Positions 51,202-64,483 are shown, counted from the stretch's first letter. The stretch: DNA of 248,000 bases from Wallemia ichthyophaga EXF-994 (GCF_000400465.1 NW_008806276.1:20001-268000); one strand, 5' to 3'. Notes: generated by a model from the letters alone, not told the origin. A program made the numbers and translations.

Positions 51202-51689
51202 ATGCATTTAAATAAGCTTTCACTAATGATTTACGCTTCTAAAGGTCTCTTTTCGTATTTATTACATCACATAGCTAAGAAATGCACATCGATGCCCATA
51301 TTTTGCCACTTATACGACTTCCTACGAGCTTGTATGTCAAAAACAAGCAATCTAAATGCTGCTAAATTCAACACTTTCTATTCTCCATTTATTCAATGTC
51401 ATATATGGAACTATCACCAGGAACTCACCAGGAATTCACCGATTAGGAAGGAAGATAAAGATATCTAGGCACTTCATTATCAAACCTACATGCAAGAATA
51501 CTATCGCTTAATTTCCGTCGCTTAATTGACCTTCACATGATTTATTGACCAGAACATACAGTTGATAAGATGTCTGATAAGGCGTCGATAAGGATGAGGA
51601 TAAGTAGGGTCGTTTTTTCAATAACTCTTCTTTCACCAATGAATAAAGAAGAAAAAAGGAGCCTTCCATAAACTCAGCGTGTTTTTTTT

Positions 51690-53598
51690 TTTTTAACAAT
51701 GCCGAGCCGGAGTCTTCAACAAAAAGGGGCTCTCATACCAGCCGAAATCTGAATAGACGTCATATCCAAATTTACGGAATAGGTGGTGTGAGTTGAAAGA
51801 GAAAGGAAAGGATTGATTGCTGATCTAAAAAGGTTATTGGGACGGCGGTGATTGTCACACTAGGAGAACAGAACACAGAAGCAGGTGTGTTTGTCTCGCG
51901 TAAAAATAAAACCACTCAAAACTCACAGGACCGCTATTCTTGTTGCTGGCTTATACCTTCTGGAGCTGCATAATCTACATCGTGAATTAATGTGTAGCAG
52001 TGCCCACTTGTCGTCTACCAGTAGAGAATGATGCATTTGTGGATTTCGCTGGTAATTATATATCACCAGCGTTTGGTGTGTCTATTGGGTACAATTACTT
52101 TTTGTGCATGGTGAGAGCTATTGATTGAAGTGTAATCACGTAACAACATCTTCAGATAGGTCTTCTCTGCTTTGAAATTACAAACTTCGGAAACGCTATC
52201 AACTACTGGACCACAGAGCCATTACACCCGGCTATAATGGTATCTGCGAGTATTGCAGCTTATGTCCTCATACACTCATGGGACTCGAGATGGTTCGGGG
52301 AGTCAGAGTTTGTGGGTTAGTTTGGAGATATTGCTTATTTTCTAAAAGCTATGCAGTGGATCGTTATCTTGAAACTCTTATTGCTGGTAATGTGTGTATT
52401 GTATACTTTAGTCACTATGTGCGGCGGAAATCCCCTCAATGGCGCTTATGGATTCAGATATTGGCGCGACCCTGGTCCAATAGTGGGTAATACAGCTTTA
52501 ACGCAACTGCAGGCGTTTCTAGCAGCGCTTTTGGTGCCTCATTTGCCGTCGCAGGACCAGACATGCTCTCAATAATCTCTGGAGAAGCTAGAGATCCTCG
52601 TAGAGTGATGCCGATCGCATTCAGAACAGTATTTGTTTGGTTGTTTGTGTTCTTCATCCTTTCAACACTCGCTGTTGGTATTGTTATATCTTCAGAGGAT
52701 AAAATTTTACTCAACTCCATCAAGAACAACGGAGCTGGAGCTGCCCAATCACCTTACGGAGCTAGCATGATGAGGCTGAAGATCAAAAGGCTTCCTCATC
52801 TAGTTAACGCCTCGATTACTACTAGCATTTTTAGTGCTGGATCAGCATTCTTTTTCAATTCATTACGTACACTGCACGGCTTGGCTGTTCAAGGGTTTGG
52901 CCCAGTTATCTTTAAACGTGTAAATAGAAATGGTGTTCCCTACGCAACGATTTTTGTTACAACGGCTTTCGCCTGCTTGAGCTACTTGAAAATTGGTAAT
53001 GGTAGCTCGAAGGTCCTCGATTGGTTCATTGGTGAGCGTCAGAAACACAAAGCTATTTCAACTGCTGACATGAGATCAAGGTATCTCTACCGCTGCGCAA
53101 CTGATCACTTGATGCGTTATTTGTGTAACATATTTGCGCTGGGAGAAGGCGATGAAGGTGCAAAGTTTGTGGGAGACTGAAAATTTAAATTATCGCTCTA
53201 AGCTCATGCCTTATGGTGCTTGGTGAGTTTACTGAGTCTTTGTCGTACCGGTAAGCTGACGTAGCCGAGGTTTGCTCTATTTTGCGCAACGGCAGTGACG
53301 TTAATAAACGGCTATACGGTTTTCTAGATGGAAACTGGGATATTGCTGACTTGTGTGTTGGAATTTGGAATTCTTGCCAAACTAATACCACATCAGCTTC
53401 TTTACTTACTTCTCACCGATATGCTTCGTGGTGCTTGGTGTTGGATATAGTGTGATCAAGAAAGAGGGGCTGGTTAGTCCTGACAAGGCAGACTTTTTCA
53501 CCGAGATGAAGGAGATCGACGAACACGAGAATTCACTGCTTGCACAAGAGGAGGAGAAACCTTTTTCAGCGAAGAAGGCTATTAATTGGATTCTTTAG
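51690..53598 (+). pseudogene. Amino-acid permease (APC family), apparently frameshifted
   Basis: RHIQIYGIGG, GFRYWRDPG, SGEARDPRR motifs; frameshift at about 52533 with no intron signals. Confidence 0.65.
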
Positions 53599-54255
53599 TG
53601 TTTTCCGTTGATTTTATTATACGCTTTTTGTATTCTTTTAAATAATTTCGAAGAGTGTCACTATACTCAAAAAGATAGTCAGTTCGTCCTCAAAATTGCT
53701 TACACTTCCGATTGTTAAGAGGAAGAACTGATTAAGAGGTGATCAAATAGACTAAGTTCCGAGTCAATTGAGAATTTAGAGATGTTTGACTACTTCAATC
53801 TCTCAAAAAAGCACGCGCACACTCTACTCGAAAATGAGACCCGACGAAATAAAAGTCTGTGAAAATTCGCTACACAAGAAGGGCAAGGAAAAGCTTCCAC
53901 TTATTTAGCCGGATGAGAGAAATTATAAGAGGGAGCAATTACGTCAGACAGAATATCATTGGAGACGAGTGAGGGCTTGTGACCTCTGGAGATTGTTCTA
54001 AACATAAAATATGCGGTTGGCTAATCTGCAAGTGTCTTCCAGCTGGTTCAAAAATCATTGTATCCAAAAGTAAGATAGTTCAAAACATTCTCCTTCCTAG
54101 AACTTATGCAGAATCTCCGCTTACGTTAAAATACTCACCGGACAAGTCGCACGCTCATCGGTCAAGATTACTGGAATATTTACTGATTCTGCACGAGACG
54201 CAAATTATCACTTTAAAGTATGTAAAATGACCGAAATTAAGACAATAATCTCAAA

Positions 54256-56064
54256 TTACATTTCATTGAAAGTGCTGAGGTTCATCCAGCACGTTTCATC
54301 AGTCGCCGTGAACGAACTTCCTGATAGGAGAGTATACTCATCAAATTCGGACATGTCCAGAGCAGATACAGGCTCTGGCAATATCCAGTTCAATGGGGGC
54401 GCTTGTTTTGGAGTTTGTGTTTGCTTCTCTGTTTCACTCAAATCCAAACCAATCTTCCTAGCTTCGTCTTCTAATTTTTTGAGCTGATTCGTGTAAGTAC
54501 AGGCTCAAACATTAAGCGATACCTACAAATCCATGTGCGGCGGTACACAATTGCTCGTGATCTTGAAAAATCTCACTATGGTCAAGAGCTCATTCTCTAT
54601 AGTACTAACAGCCTGAATGTCTAAATTCTTAGCAGCTTCAATGTAAGCACCGACAAGAATGGACGCCGAGCTGCTGTATGTTGTGAAAATCATGCTAGGC
54701 AGCCGCGTCAAATCGTAGGTGGTAGCCATTAACTTGTGAAGAGAGTTGATTGCCACGCGCGAGTAAAAGAGTAGTCTAGATTGCGAAAGCTTCTCGCTAT
54801 TGAATTGCGAATGTAGGCTAAGCATGCACTTAGCAGCGATCATATGCGCCATCAAATTGTCAATATCAAGACCATCCTCATCCACGCGAACTGGATCAGA
54901 GTATTTCGAAGGAAAGCTCTGCCTGAATGTTTGTATTAAAGTATCCAACTCTCCAAATGACACTAATTGACTGCCTGACGTCAAACACAACGCTTGAACG
55001 TCGTAAAAACTTCTCAAGTGAAAGTCATTAACTCTCCCCATCAGTACGAGGGCCTTAATGAGTAGTGACAGTCCATCACCTAGATGTTGGATAAAAAAAT
55101 TGGGCGAGTACACGTACTCAGTACTTTTCGCTATTCGACTCGTGAAAGTGCTATTCTTGAAAGCTTTCAAAGTGCAAGGTAGCGGAGTAAACAAATGGCC
55201 TTCTTGAATTATACTCGGGTTTATGCCAGTATCTAGTGTAAACAGCTGGTCGATTATGTAGGCCTTGAAAAACAGCCGCCTTCGTTGCTCAACCTCTAAA
55301 TCACTGCCTGCGGCTGTCAAATACCACTTCCTAGGATAATCTGTGTCATGATTGAGTGAAAATGCTATTACTCCTCGAGCAGCGAAGGCTACCGGAAAAA
55401 ACAAGTCGGCTTTGTTACCAATTGAAAAAAGGTGTTGACTTATTATTATAGCGGCATGTATTCGCTCTAGCACAAACATCAGCCCAGGCGATTGGCCATC
55501 TTCGTTCAGCTTCTCTAGGGCTAGCGCGGTGTGTTTTTCGGAAGGATCTTTGTTAGGAAGATGTTGGAATGCGATAGCGAATACGGCGTGACAGAGTGCT
55601 TTGCAGGGGAATTTCGGTGAGGTTGGGGGTAGATGCATCAGTCTAGTTTCGAATGACTGTCTGGGAAGATCACTTGCAGCGAAAGGCGAACACGCGTAAA
55701 ATGTAGATATCAGGTAGCTAACCATATCTTTAGGTGGGAAATCTTTTGGCCAATTTGACGTTGTAATTTTGAGCGGTTCAGCGGAGGTAGATGGCATGCT
55801 ACTGCTATTACTATTGCTGTTGCTGCTATCTATTTTCACTCTCTCCAGCTTATCCTCCAGTTCTCTGATTCTGTCTTCGTAAGCCCGCAGCTTAGTCGCC
55901 CTCCTAGCTGACTGCCGCGATTCATTATCGTAAATGCATTCTAATCCACCGCTCCTGACGCAATTCGAGCAGATTGGTTTGACGGCATCGCAGCGCATCT
56001 TCTTCCTACGGCAAGCGAGGCATGCTGAGCCTTTCGGTAGCGTGTCCGATTGTGCTTTAGGCAT
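54256..56064 (-). CDS. Zn(II)2Cys6 fungal transcription factor
   Basis: ACLACRRKKMRCDAVKPICSNC plus fungal-specific middle domain (EQRRRLFFKAYIID). Confidence 0.88.
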
Positions 56065-56185
56065 CTAATTGGTTGAGATTAAAAAGCCAGGAATGATGAA
56101 ATGTGACTTCTTATCTGCATCGATTGCGTAAAATTATACAAGTGAAAATGAGAAATTTAAATGAAAATTAATTGTTATTGAAAAA

Positions 56186-57181
56186 TTATGACTCAGTCTT
56201 GCCATCTTCAATTTGAAATCCTGTGTTTGATTTCTTCATACTGATTGTACGTGATGGCCAAATCAGCCAGACGCTGATAGCCAGTAGCATCGGTGCCGCG
56301 TCAAACACGAAAAAGCAGGCTTCGCTCTTTTGCACGGAATTTCCCTCACCACCGCTCAACTCTATGACTCGGTAAACGAGGCGGACCAGTATGAAGAATG
56401 AGCTAGTTGCGAGCAGTATTAGTACTTTGTCGATATTTCTGCCAACGGCTGTACTTCTCAAGTTTGGAACTCTACGGAATCGACAGTCTGTGACGATCGC
56501 TATAAAGCACAGATAAGATATAAGCTGCGCAATCATTCCAGCTAGCGTCAACTTGTTACCGTTGCTGCGTTGGTCGGATGAGATCTCCATGAGTTGCCCC
56601 GCAAATTGTGCTAAGAATGTGGTAATATCCGACCAGACAAATATATGCTTAATCGTTCGTGGAGATGCGATGGTGACACTGCCTTTCGATATGCGACTGT
56701 CATTCTTTAGGTTGTGAGAGATGCGACCGAAGACCAGATAGTTGAAAGCCAGATACGCGACCGGCGCGACCAAGATGAAGACGTCTCCCGCAATAAACAA
56801 GCCTGGTAAGTCGTGTCAGTCTTCCTTTGTTGTATTATGTTGATGTCCCACCCATCGACATCGTTTCTGCAAAACGAATCTTATTCGGATACCCAACTCC
56901 CTCGAATAGCGCACCGATAGGTAAACAGAGTGCCCACCAATCTTTATGCATACACACGAGCACTGTAAATGCGACAGCAAGAAGAAGGTAGAGTGCACAA
57001 AACAAGTAATGAGCCCCTGGCGTAGGCTCAAAGGCTTAAATTGGTTTGAGAGGGTATAATTTGTTAACAGTAACCTACGAACAAATATATCTTTGTATTC
57101 TTCAATGGGCTGCTGTGCAGATGCAAATTGGAAAATCAGGCCCAGAAATAGCAGTTTAATGAAGAATTTAGGTATTATCAT
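56186..57181 (-). CDS. RTA1-like lipid-translocating/resistance membrane protein (5' exon structure unresolved)
   Basis: FVWSDITTFLAQ, ILVRLVYRVIEL, EACFFVFDAAPML. Confidence 0.75.
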
Positions 57182-57639
57182 TGCTTTTCAGGTCGAAAAT
57201 ATTTAATAGTATTAAAAAGGACAATATATGGCGTTTATTGAGCGATTGAGAATTTTCATCATCATCGGTCTAACTTTTGCCGTCCAAATTTGACTGGTTA
57301 ATGAGACAAGCACAGCTTTGAAGTAACTTCGGCTTAACATTCACCGGCTCTGCTGATGTCATTGCAACATAAAGTTGAGTTTAATTAGAGATTTTGCAAG
57401 TGACGAAAATAACGACAATATGGATGAAAATTGAGCTTTGTATGGCTTTTTTATATACATTTTACAATCATAATGTTCTTAATGCAGTGTTTTGTTGCTG
57501 GATGAGTGAATAAAGGAAACGCGTCTAGCTATTGAAGGCGCTGAGAGCTATTTTGTCTATTTGAGAAGAGTAAGTCACATGTAAGCATAATCCTGGTGCT
57601 TTTTCTATGTCCGTGCTTTCTATCTGCCTATTCTCTCTG

Positions 57640-58340
57640 ATAAGCAGAAGTCCCCACCAGCTGAACATGATGTTAGCCGTTAATCAAGCATGACAATGCT
57701 GCCACTCACATATATGCAATGATTGTAGAGATGAAGCAAAACTGCTTTTATCAGCGAATCAGAATGATTTCATCGAAGCACTCCTCACAAGAACAGCCAA
57801 ATCGAGAAGAACGTTGAGTAGAGTTGATGTGGAGATGTTTCCGATGAGAAGGGCGGTAAAGGTTGATGGGAGGAAGGTTGCTGAGCTGTTTATTAAACGC
57901 CATTGAGCAGTTAAATCAGCGCACCAATCAAGCCCTCGAGTAAATTAACACGATTTTCGAACATTAAAAAGTTAGATGCTGCACTTCAAGACATATCTTA
58001 CAAGTCGCAGTCATAGCCGGTGCTTCAGGCACCTTATCAACTCTTGTGATTACCTAAAATAGCTTGAGCTTGAATCGAGTTTATATTATGCCTTTAGTTA
58101 TAGAAGAAGTTAGTAAATACTCCTTCACATATTTATAGATACAACTTCTACTCTCAAACCACTACTAAACACTAGCTTACCATTTTCCGCCTCGTGACCT
58201 TGAGGTGCGAGACATTCAGCGGATTGATGGAGCGTCTTGAAACAACGGCGAGAAAGCGGGATATTCATGTTCATAGGTACGGTTATTCCCCGTATTAGTT
58301 AGAGCGCTTCAAGGCGCTTCATACGAGGGGCTAGAGATGG
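57640..58340. repeat. Diverged repeat W (copy 2)
   Basis: Alignable to 45170-45900; immediately precedes duplication copy B. Confidence 0.75.
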
Positions 58341-58828
58341 AAGACGGGATCCTCATACTATACTCGACGTTCTGTTGCTATTCTGTTCACCTCTCATACA
58401 TCAATGCAGCCATAATTTATAATTTAGGAGTGTTTCACAACCTCTTTTATACAATATACGCTCACTTCAGCGCAAAGGATCTTTACAGCTGCATGACTAC
58501 CATTCAAATGTATACTCAACACTTTCGGAAGTTCAGAGAGTGTAATACTTTGCTTGTGCCTCATTTCCTGCCTATGATGTCAATTTCACTGCTACTATCG
58601 CCCAGATGCAATCGATTATGTTGATTCTACACCAATTAGACGCACCACGAGAAGGCCATTTTGATCTGCTTTCACTCCACTCTACTCAAAGGATGTGCCT
58701 ATTTCGACACTGACAAGCTCGCGTCGATATACTGCGCCTCCTTTGACGCGAAGTATCATTCCTTGGTCGAGTGTATAAATAAGGCTGTTCTTTTTCACTA
58801 TCTCTCATCCCGCTTCTGCCACTTAAGT

Positions 58829-59200
58829 ATGAAGTTTCCAGTCACTTTAGTTCTATTAGTCGCTGTTCTTTGTTGTCTTGTCGAAGCAGCCAAGCGCCGG
58901 GGGTACAATAGAGGCATCCTCGACAAGAAAGGTATGATGCAAAAGAGAGGTATCCTCGGTAAGAAGGAATTTGGCAAGAGATACATCCTCGATAAGAGCG
59001 AATACGTCAAGAGAGGCGGATTGACTGATATCCTGGACAAGAGAGATATCTACCGCAGACAAGAAAATAATTACGACTTCGACGAACTGACAGACATGAA
59101 GAGGGGTATCCTCAGTCGTCAAGATAACGATGACCTCGAGGAACTTTCAGCCATCAAGAGAGAGATTCTCAAGCGTCAAGATGATGAAACGCTCGAATGA
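58829..59200 (+). CDS. Secreted KEP-like peptide precursor, copy B
   Basis: Protein identical to 46245-46616. Confidence 0.75.
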   Translation: MKFPVTLVLLVAVLCCLVEAAKRRGYNRGILDKKGMMQKRGILGKKEFGKRYILDKSEYVKRGGLTDILDKRDIYRRQENNYDFDELTDMKRGILSRQDNDDLEELSAIKREILKRQDDETLE

Positions 59201-59385
59201 CTAGCTATTGGGTAAATATCAGGTCCACTCGCCATATTTTTAATATGATTCTCTGAATTCACGATTGTATGTTTTAGAAATAAATGTTGTTTACTGTAAT
59301 TAATGAAAGACATTAAAGATATCAGAGGGGTATATAAATAATCTAAAAGAGTGCAATAGCACTGACCGGACTCGCCTTGAAGGCG

Positions 59386-59703
59386 TCAGTACGAGAGCGA
59401 GTATTGATTAGTGTGTTTGAAATCATAGACCATTACGCTGAGCTCGTAGATGTAGTCGTTGAGGTCGTCGCGCTCCTGCTTCAATTGCTTGTTGAAACTT
59501 CTCAAGTACTCAACTTCAGCTTTCAAGGAGGATTGCAAGCGTTGACGTTCGCCGTGCCGAGTATTGCAGCAGAGATGCAGAGACTCCGCCTCATTCTTAG
59601 TAATTTCTGAGCCAGAGACATCGCGTACAATGTCTATTCCTGTTAGCAAGTGCTGATATAGATCACAATCAATCGTCTTACTTTTCTCGCTTTTTTGGAT
59701 CAT
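59386..59703 (-). CDS. Small hypothetical coiled-coil protein, copy B
   Basis: Identical translation to copy A. Confidence 0.4.
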   Translation of the reverse strand: MIQKSEKSKTIDCDLYQHLLTGIDIVRDVSGSEITKNEAESLHLCCNTRHGERQRLQSSLKAEVEYLRSFNKQLKQERDDLNDYIYELSVMVYDFKHTNQYSLSY

Positions 59704-59947
59704 TTATGCAGTGAGGATATAAGAGGAGAAGAAACTGAGTAGACTCTGCACGGACTGCGTGGTCCCGCTCGGAATCCGCTCATACGAATCTAGGGTGGTG
59801 AAAATCCGTGCCTGGAAACATCACAAGTATGTTTCCGGTAACAGTCGATGTTAAGCCTTCCTCAAACACTTGCAGATAAATGTTCAAGTAATATTGCGTG
59901 TATTATCTATCAACATCTCTATCAAGCTACTTATTACGAAGACATGA

Positions 59948-60288
59948 TCAGCTATCCTGCCTCTCGAGCTCATCTAGTACCTTGTACGCTCCCTTCTCTT
60001 CCAATGCCTTGATGAAAAGGATCCGTGCCATCTCGTCGTCCCCGAAGCGATGGAGCTTAAGCACCTCATTTCGGTAGTCAGGCCTAACTCCGAAAAGAGC
60101 GTGTGCAGCTGTATCCGTATCCAGCGAGAAGTTTGCGTTTGAGTGGGAGCGTGAATAACTACCAAAAGCACTCTTGATGTCGAGCATGTCAGGTTGATCT
60201 TCTTCGATAGCAAAATTAAACTTACAGATACCGGAGCAGCAAGCACAGAGCCTAAAACTATCCCAGTAAAGGCTGCTGCAAGCTTCAT
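59948..60288 (-). CDS. Small secreted protein, copy B
   Basis: Identical translation to copy A. Confidence 0.55.
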
Positions 60289-60483
60289 GAGTTGAAGATG
60301 TGGCGGATGTAAGTTCTCGCTGAGCAAAAGCTCCCGAGGGGGAAGCTTTCGGGTAAAAGCATACGCTAGCTCTTCTAATAATTTTAAATGATGATGTCAT
60401 TTAATAATTAGGAGCATAAAGAGTCGTAAATGGCTATCATTGTATTATCGTAAATATTGGCACATTTCAATTACATCAAAGAA

Positions 60484-61092
60484 TCAAATATTATCCCCCG
60501 CATGTTCCGTGAAGAACTGGAATCTTGCAATCCCTTCAATATCTAGCTTACCTTCGAAAAATAACTGACTACCTCCGCAAGGACTTTTGCTCAAATCAAT
60601 AGTCTTATCTGAGTGATCATTAAGTACGGCGTATCCATGCCAACTATCGTCAAACTTTTGCTTTATACATTTAGTAGACCCCCTCGGTTTCTCGTTTGTT
60701 AACTTGTGGTTCATCGCACTTGATATCTTTTCCAAATGTGGATACTTGGTACATGAATTTTCGACGTGGAATTTGTAAGTGTTGTCTGATATTGCCGTTT
60801 CAATCACATTACATCTATATGTATACCAATCATAGATGGCAATGCCACTGTCATACGCAGCTCTCAGACCAAATGACAAGATTCCGATAGAGAACCAGAT
60901 TGGAACCTGATGCGTTGGAGAGCTATTGACAGGCAAATATTTAGGAAAAACCACGCGCATACTTTGAGATATAGAGTAAAAAATAGAAACATTTTCGAAT
61001 GTCAAGCATTCATTATGAATGAAGTAGTTAGTGATAAGCTTGAGAAATAATGCTGCGCAATTGATGGCTATGACTTTGTGAATCGTTACCAT
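60484..61092 (-). CDS. Secreted CSS2-like protein, copy B (divergent C-terminus)
   Basis: First about 127 aa identical to copy A, 14 substitutions afterwards, different tail. Confidence 0.55.
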   Translation of the reverse strand: MVTIHKVIAINCAALFLKLITNYFIHNECLTFENVSIFYSISQSMRVVFPKYLPVNSSPTHQVPIWFSIGILSFGLRAAYDSGIAIYDWYTYRCNVIETAISDNTYKFHVENSCTKYPHLEKISSAMNHKLTNEKPRGSTKCIKQKFDDSWHGYAVLNDHSDKTIDLSKSPCGGSQLFFEGKLDIEGIARFQFFTEHAGDNI

Positions 61093-61524
61093 ATGATGAG
61101 AGTTGAGAGGATAGGACGCGACAGTGGATAGGCTGCTCGAAAGATTTCAATAATGATAACATTTCGTCTTTGACATTAATTCTGATTACTTACTGAACAC
61201 CCACTTCCAACTCCCAAACCTCTAGATGAGACGCTTCAATTTTAAACTTAGAATTCCATAAACCGTAATTGTTTATTCAATTTACTTGAAGCTCCTCCGG
61301 CTGAAACTTTGTGTCATTTTGTCTACGACAACAGGAAACGCCCAATATTGAGACAATGACGCATTAAAGTACACGCCTTTTTATTTGTTTACAAGCTTCA
61401 GCCGAATCACTTGGCAGTTTCATTAAATGACGAGATGTGATGATAGAAGTGAGAAACATCAGCCCAGCTGGCTTTATAAGAAGCGCTATATCTTTCTTTC
61501 TTCTTCACAACTAAGAAAATTGAA

Positions 61525-62941
61525 ATGTACTTCAACAACGTCAAAGCTCTCGCCGTTCTCGCCTTTACTAGCGCCATCGTATTAGTAGCCGCTGCACCTA
61601 ACCCAGCTGGCAACATCTCGTATCGCGGAGATGTAGGAGATGTCGGTCACAAGAATGAAAACTCTGAAAAGGGTGTGGATGCCAAGAACAACGATAATTA
61701 CGACAAATACGATAAGCAAGACAAGGAATCTCACGAAGAGGCGCTCAAGAAGCACAGCAAAGAGGTCGAAAAGCAGAAAATGCTGACGAAAGAAGCTGCC
61801 GAAAAGAACAAAGCAAATGACAAGGTTGGTAATGACGAAGCTTGCTGAAAATTGGCTTACACAGTAATAGAACCAGAAGACAGACGAGTACTGGAAGGGT
61901 GAGAAGAAAGATGACAACACGTACGACAACAAGTCTGGTAATAAGAAGCAAGACAATCAGTACGACACCAGTAAGAAACAAGATTCTGGCAAGCACGATA
62001 CCGACATGAAACAAGAGCACTACAACGACAAAAAGCAAGACAATCACTACGACACCAGTAAGAAACAAGATTCTGGCAAGCACGATACCGACATGAAACA
62101 AGAGCACTACAACGACAAAAAGCAAGACAATCACTACGACACCAGTAAGAAACAAGATTCTGGCAAGCACGATACCGACATGAAACAAGAGCACTACAAC
62201 GACAAAAAGCAAGACAATCACTACGACACCAGTAAGAAACAAGATTCTGGCAAGCACGATACCGACATGAAACAAGAGCACTACAACGACAAAAAGCAAG
62301 ACAATCACTACGACACCAGTAAGAAACAAGATTCTGGCAAGCACGATACCGACATGAAACAAGAGCACTACAACGACAAAAAGCAAGACAATCACTACGA
62401 CACCAGTAAGAAACAAGATTCTGGCAAGCACGATACCGACATGAAACAAGAGCACTACAACGACAAAAAGCAAGACAATCACTACGACACCAGTAAGAAA
62501 CAAGATTCTGGCAAGCACGATACCGACATGAAACAAGAGCACTACAACGACAAAAAGCAAGACAATCACTACGACACCAGTAAGAAACAAGATTCTGGCA
62601 AGCACGATACCGACATGAAACAAGAGCACTACAACGACAAAAAGCAAGACAATCACTACGACACCAGTAAGAAACAAGATTCTGGCAAGCACGATACCGA
62701 CATGAAACAAGAGCACTACAACGACAAAAAGCAAGACAATCACTACGACACCAGTAAGAAACAAGATTCTGGCAAGCACGATACCGACATGAAACAAGAG
62801 CACTACAACGACAAAAAGCAAGACAATCACTACGACACCAGTAAGAAACAAGATTCTGGCAAGCACGATACCGACATGAAACAAGAACACGACAACGACA
62901 AGAAGCAAGACAATCATTACGATACCGACAAGAAAGACTAA
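61525..62941 (+). CDS. Secreted D/K/H-rich repeat protein, copy B (10 full units)
   Basis: 311-aa repeat segment = 10x29 + 21 aa. Confidence 0.78.
62006..62941 (+). repeat. 87-bp coding VNTR
   Basis: Perfect 87-bp units; the offset shift of 696 bp versus copy A equals 8 x 87. Confidence 0.95.
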
Positions 62942-63292
62942 GCTTCGATTGTTTGTTAAGCTTATTGTACACTGTGTTCATGAATGATTCTATCATTGAA
63001 CAAAGATATTAATTTTGAGTATTCAGCAAGGTGCTTTGTTCTTTACCCCGATAGGGCCTCTCGCTTATCAAGCTATTCCAAAAATAAAATCTTACTTATC
63101 CCAGCTGAGTTTGAACCCTTCAAGTTTGTCTCCTTTGTTCCACACTCTCACTACCGTAATTGATCCCTAAATCCGTCTTATCCACCTTATTTAACACAAG
63201 ATACTTGACATGGACAAGCGAGATATCTAAGCGACCGTGACTATCTACCTATACAGTAATTCAAGACCACATCTAGCTCAAATAACATCGGG

Positions 63293-64483
63293 ATGAAGTT
63301 GGAATTAGTCGCGATAGCTGCAATTATTCAGTTTGTCTTAGCGAAAGAGCCCTGGGATGACTTTAAGCATATCAAGGCATCGTTATTTGCTAATATAGTC
63401 ACTTTTCACATTAAGAACACCATCATTGCTTGACGGACAAAAGTCAGAATTTTGATATTGCTGTTAATGGTATACCTTTTGATACAAGCGTGTCATACTG
63501 AACAGGGGCCAGATTCGGACCGAATAGTGAGCCAATTCCCAAGCTCGAATATATTGCTGATTTGCTTAGGCATTAGTCAGGGATCACGTCACCAAGACCC
63601 AGCAAATGCATGGTCGCACTTCTGGGAGGCCAACCCTTACGCGAAAGGGGTCAAAATTTTAGACTGTGGGGATATTCCAGTGATTACAGTAGACAACCAG
63701 ATGTCATAAAAAAGCACCGAAGCTGCGCACGACAATCTTCTCAATCGACCAACTGCAAGTAAGCATCTAAAGCATCCAATGCTACTCACATTTGGAGGTG
63801 ACCACTCAATTGAGTTGCCAATTCTGCGTACTCTAAAAAAGGCGCGTAATCCGCGCTATTCATCGAAGTACATTTCCCGACACTCATCTCTAGGTACACG
63901 GTCCTATATCGCTTATTCAGATCGACTCTCATATCGATACATGGTCTTCAGGCAAAAAGTATGGGTTCAGTGATAAGCACGACACAGCACCTGTCTCTCA
64001 TGGCAACATGCTTTGGCATGCGTCGGAGGAAAATTTGCTTACCTCGAGATCGATCCAAGCTGGAATAAGGACGCGTTTTACAAAAGAAAGGGATATTACA
64101 GATAATAAAGAGTTTGGTATAAAAATGATCACGATCGATGCTATAGATGAAATCGGTGCAAAGGGAATTGCAGATCAAATTAGAAAAAGGGTCGGCAATA
64201 CGGCAGCCTATTTGACAATTGATATAGACTCAGTTGATCCTGCCTTTGCCGGCGCCACTGGAACACCCGAGCCTGGTGGGCTTACCACGCGCGAAGCCAA
64301 GACTATTTTAAGGAATCTGAAGGGTTTAAATTTTGTTGGGGCAGATATAGTCGAAGTTATTCACCATATGACGCTGGAAGTGAGCTAAGACAGATGGTCG
64401 CGGCTGATGTGGCACATGAAATTCTTCAATTACTGACTACGTCACCAATTATGGAATCCAGCGTAATTCACGATGAGTTGTGA
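63293..64483 (+). pseudogene. Agmatinase pseudogene, copy B
   Basis: Same disablements as copy A. Confidence 0.78.

Larger units (their letters stand above)
45990..52251. repeat. Segmental duplication, copy A
   Basis: Near-identical to 58574-65533 (offset 12584, then 12586, then 13282 after the VNTR). Confidence 0.95.

Noticed and set aside
62006-62941. 87-bp array as a CRISPR-like locus
   Set aside because: Units are contiguous and identical with no unique spacers, in-frame inside a CDS of a eukaryotic genome.
61745-62996. Long antisense ORFs (Cys-rich 379 aa and Val/Leu-rich 390 aa) over the VNTR
   Set aside because: They are shadows of the stop-poor 87-bp repeat; the sense frame has a signal peptide, an intron and coherent composition.
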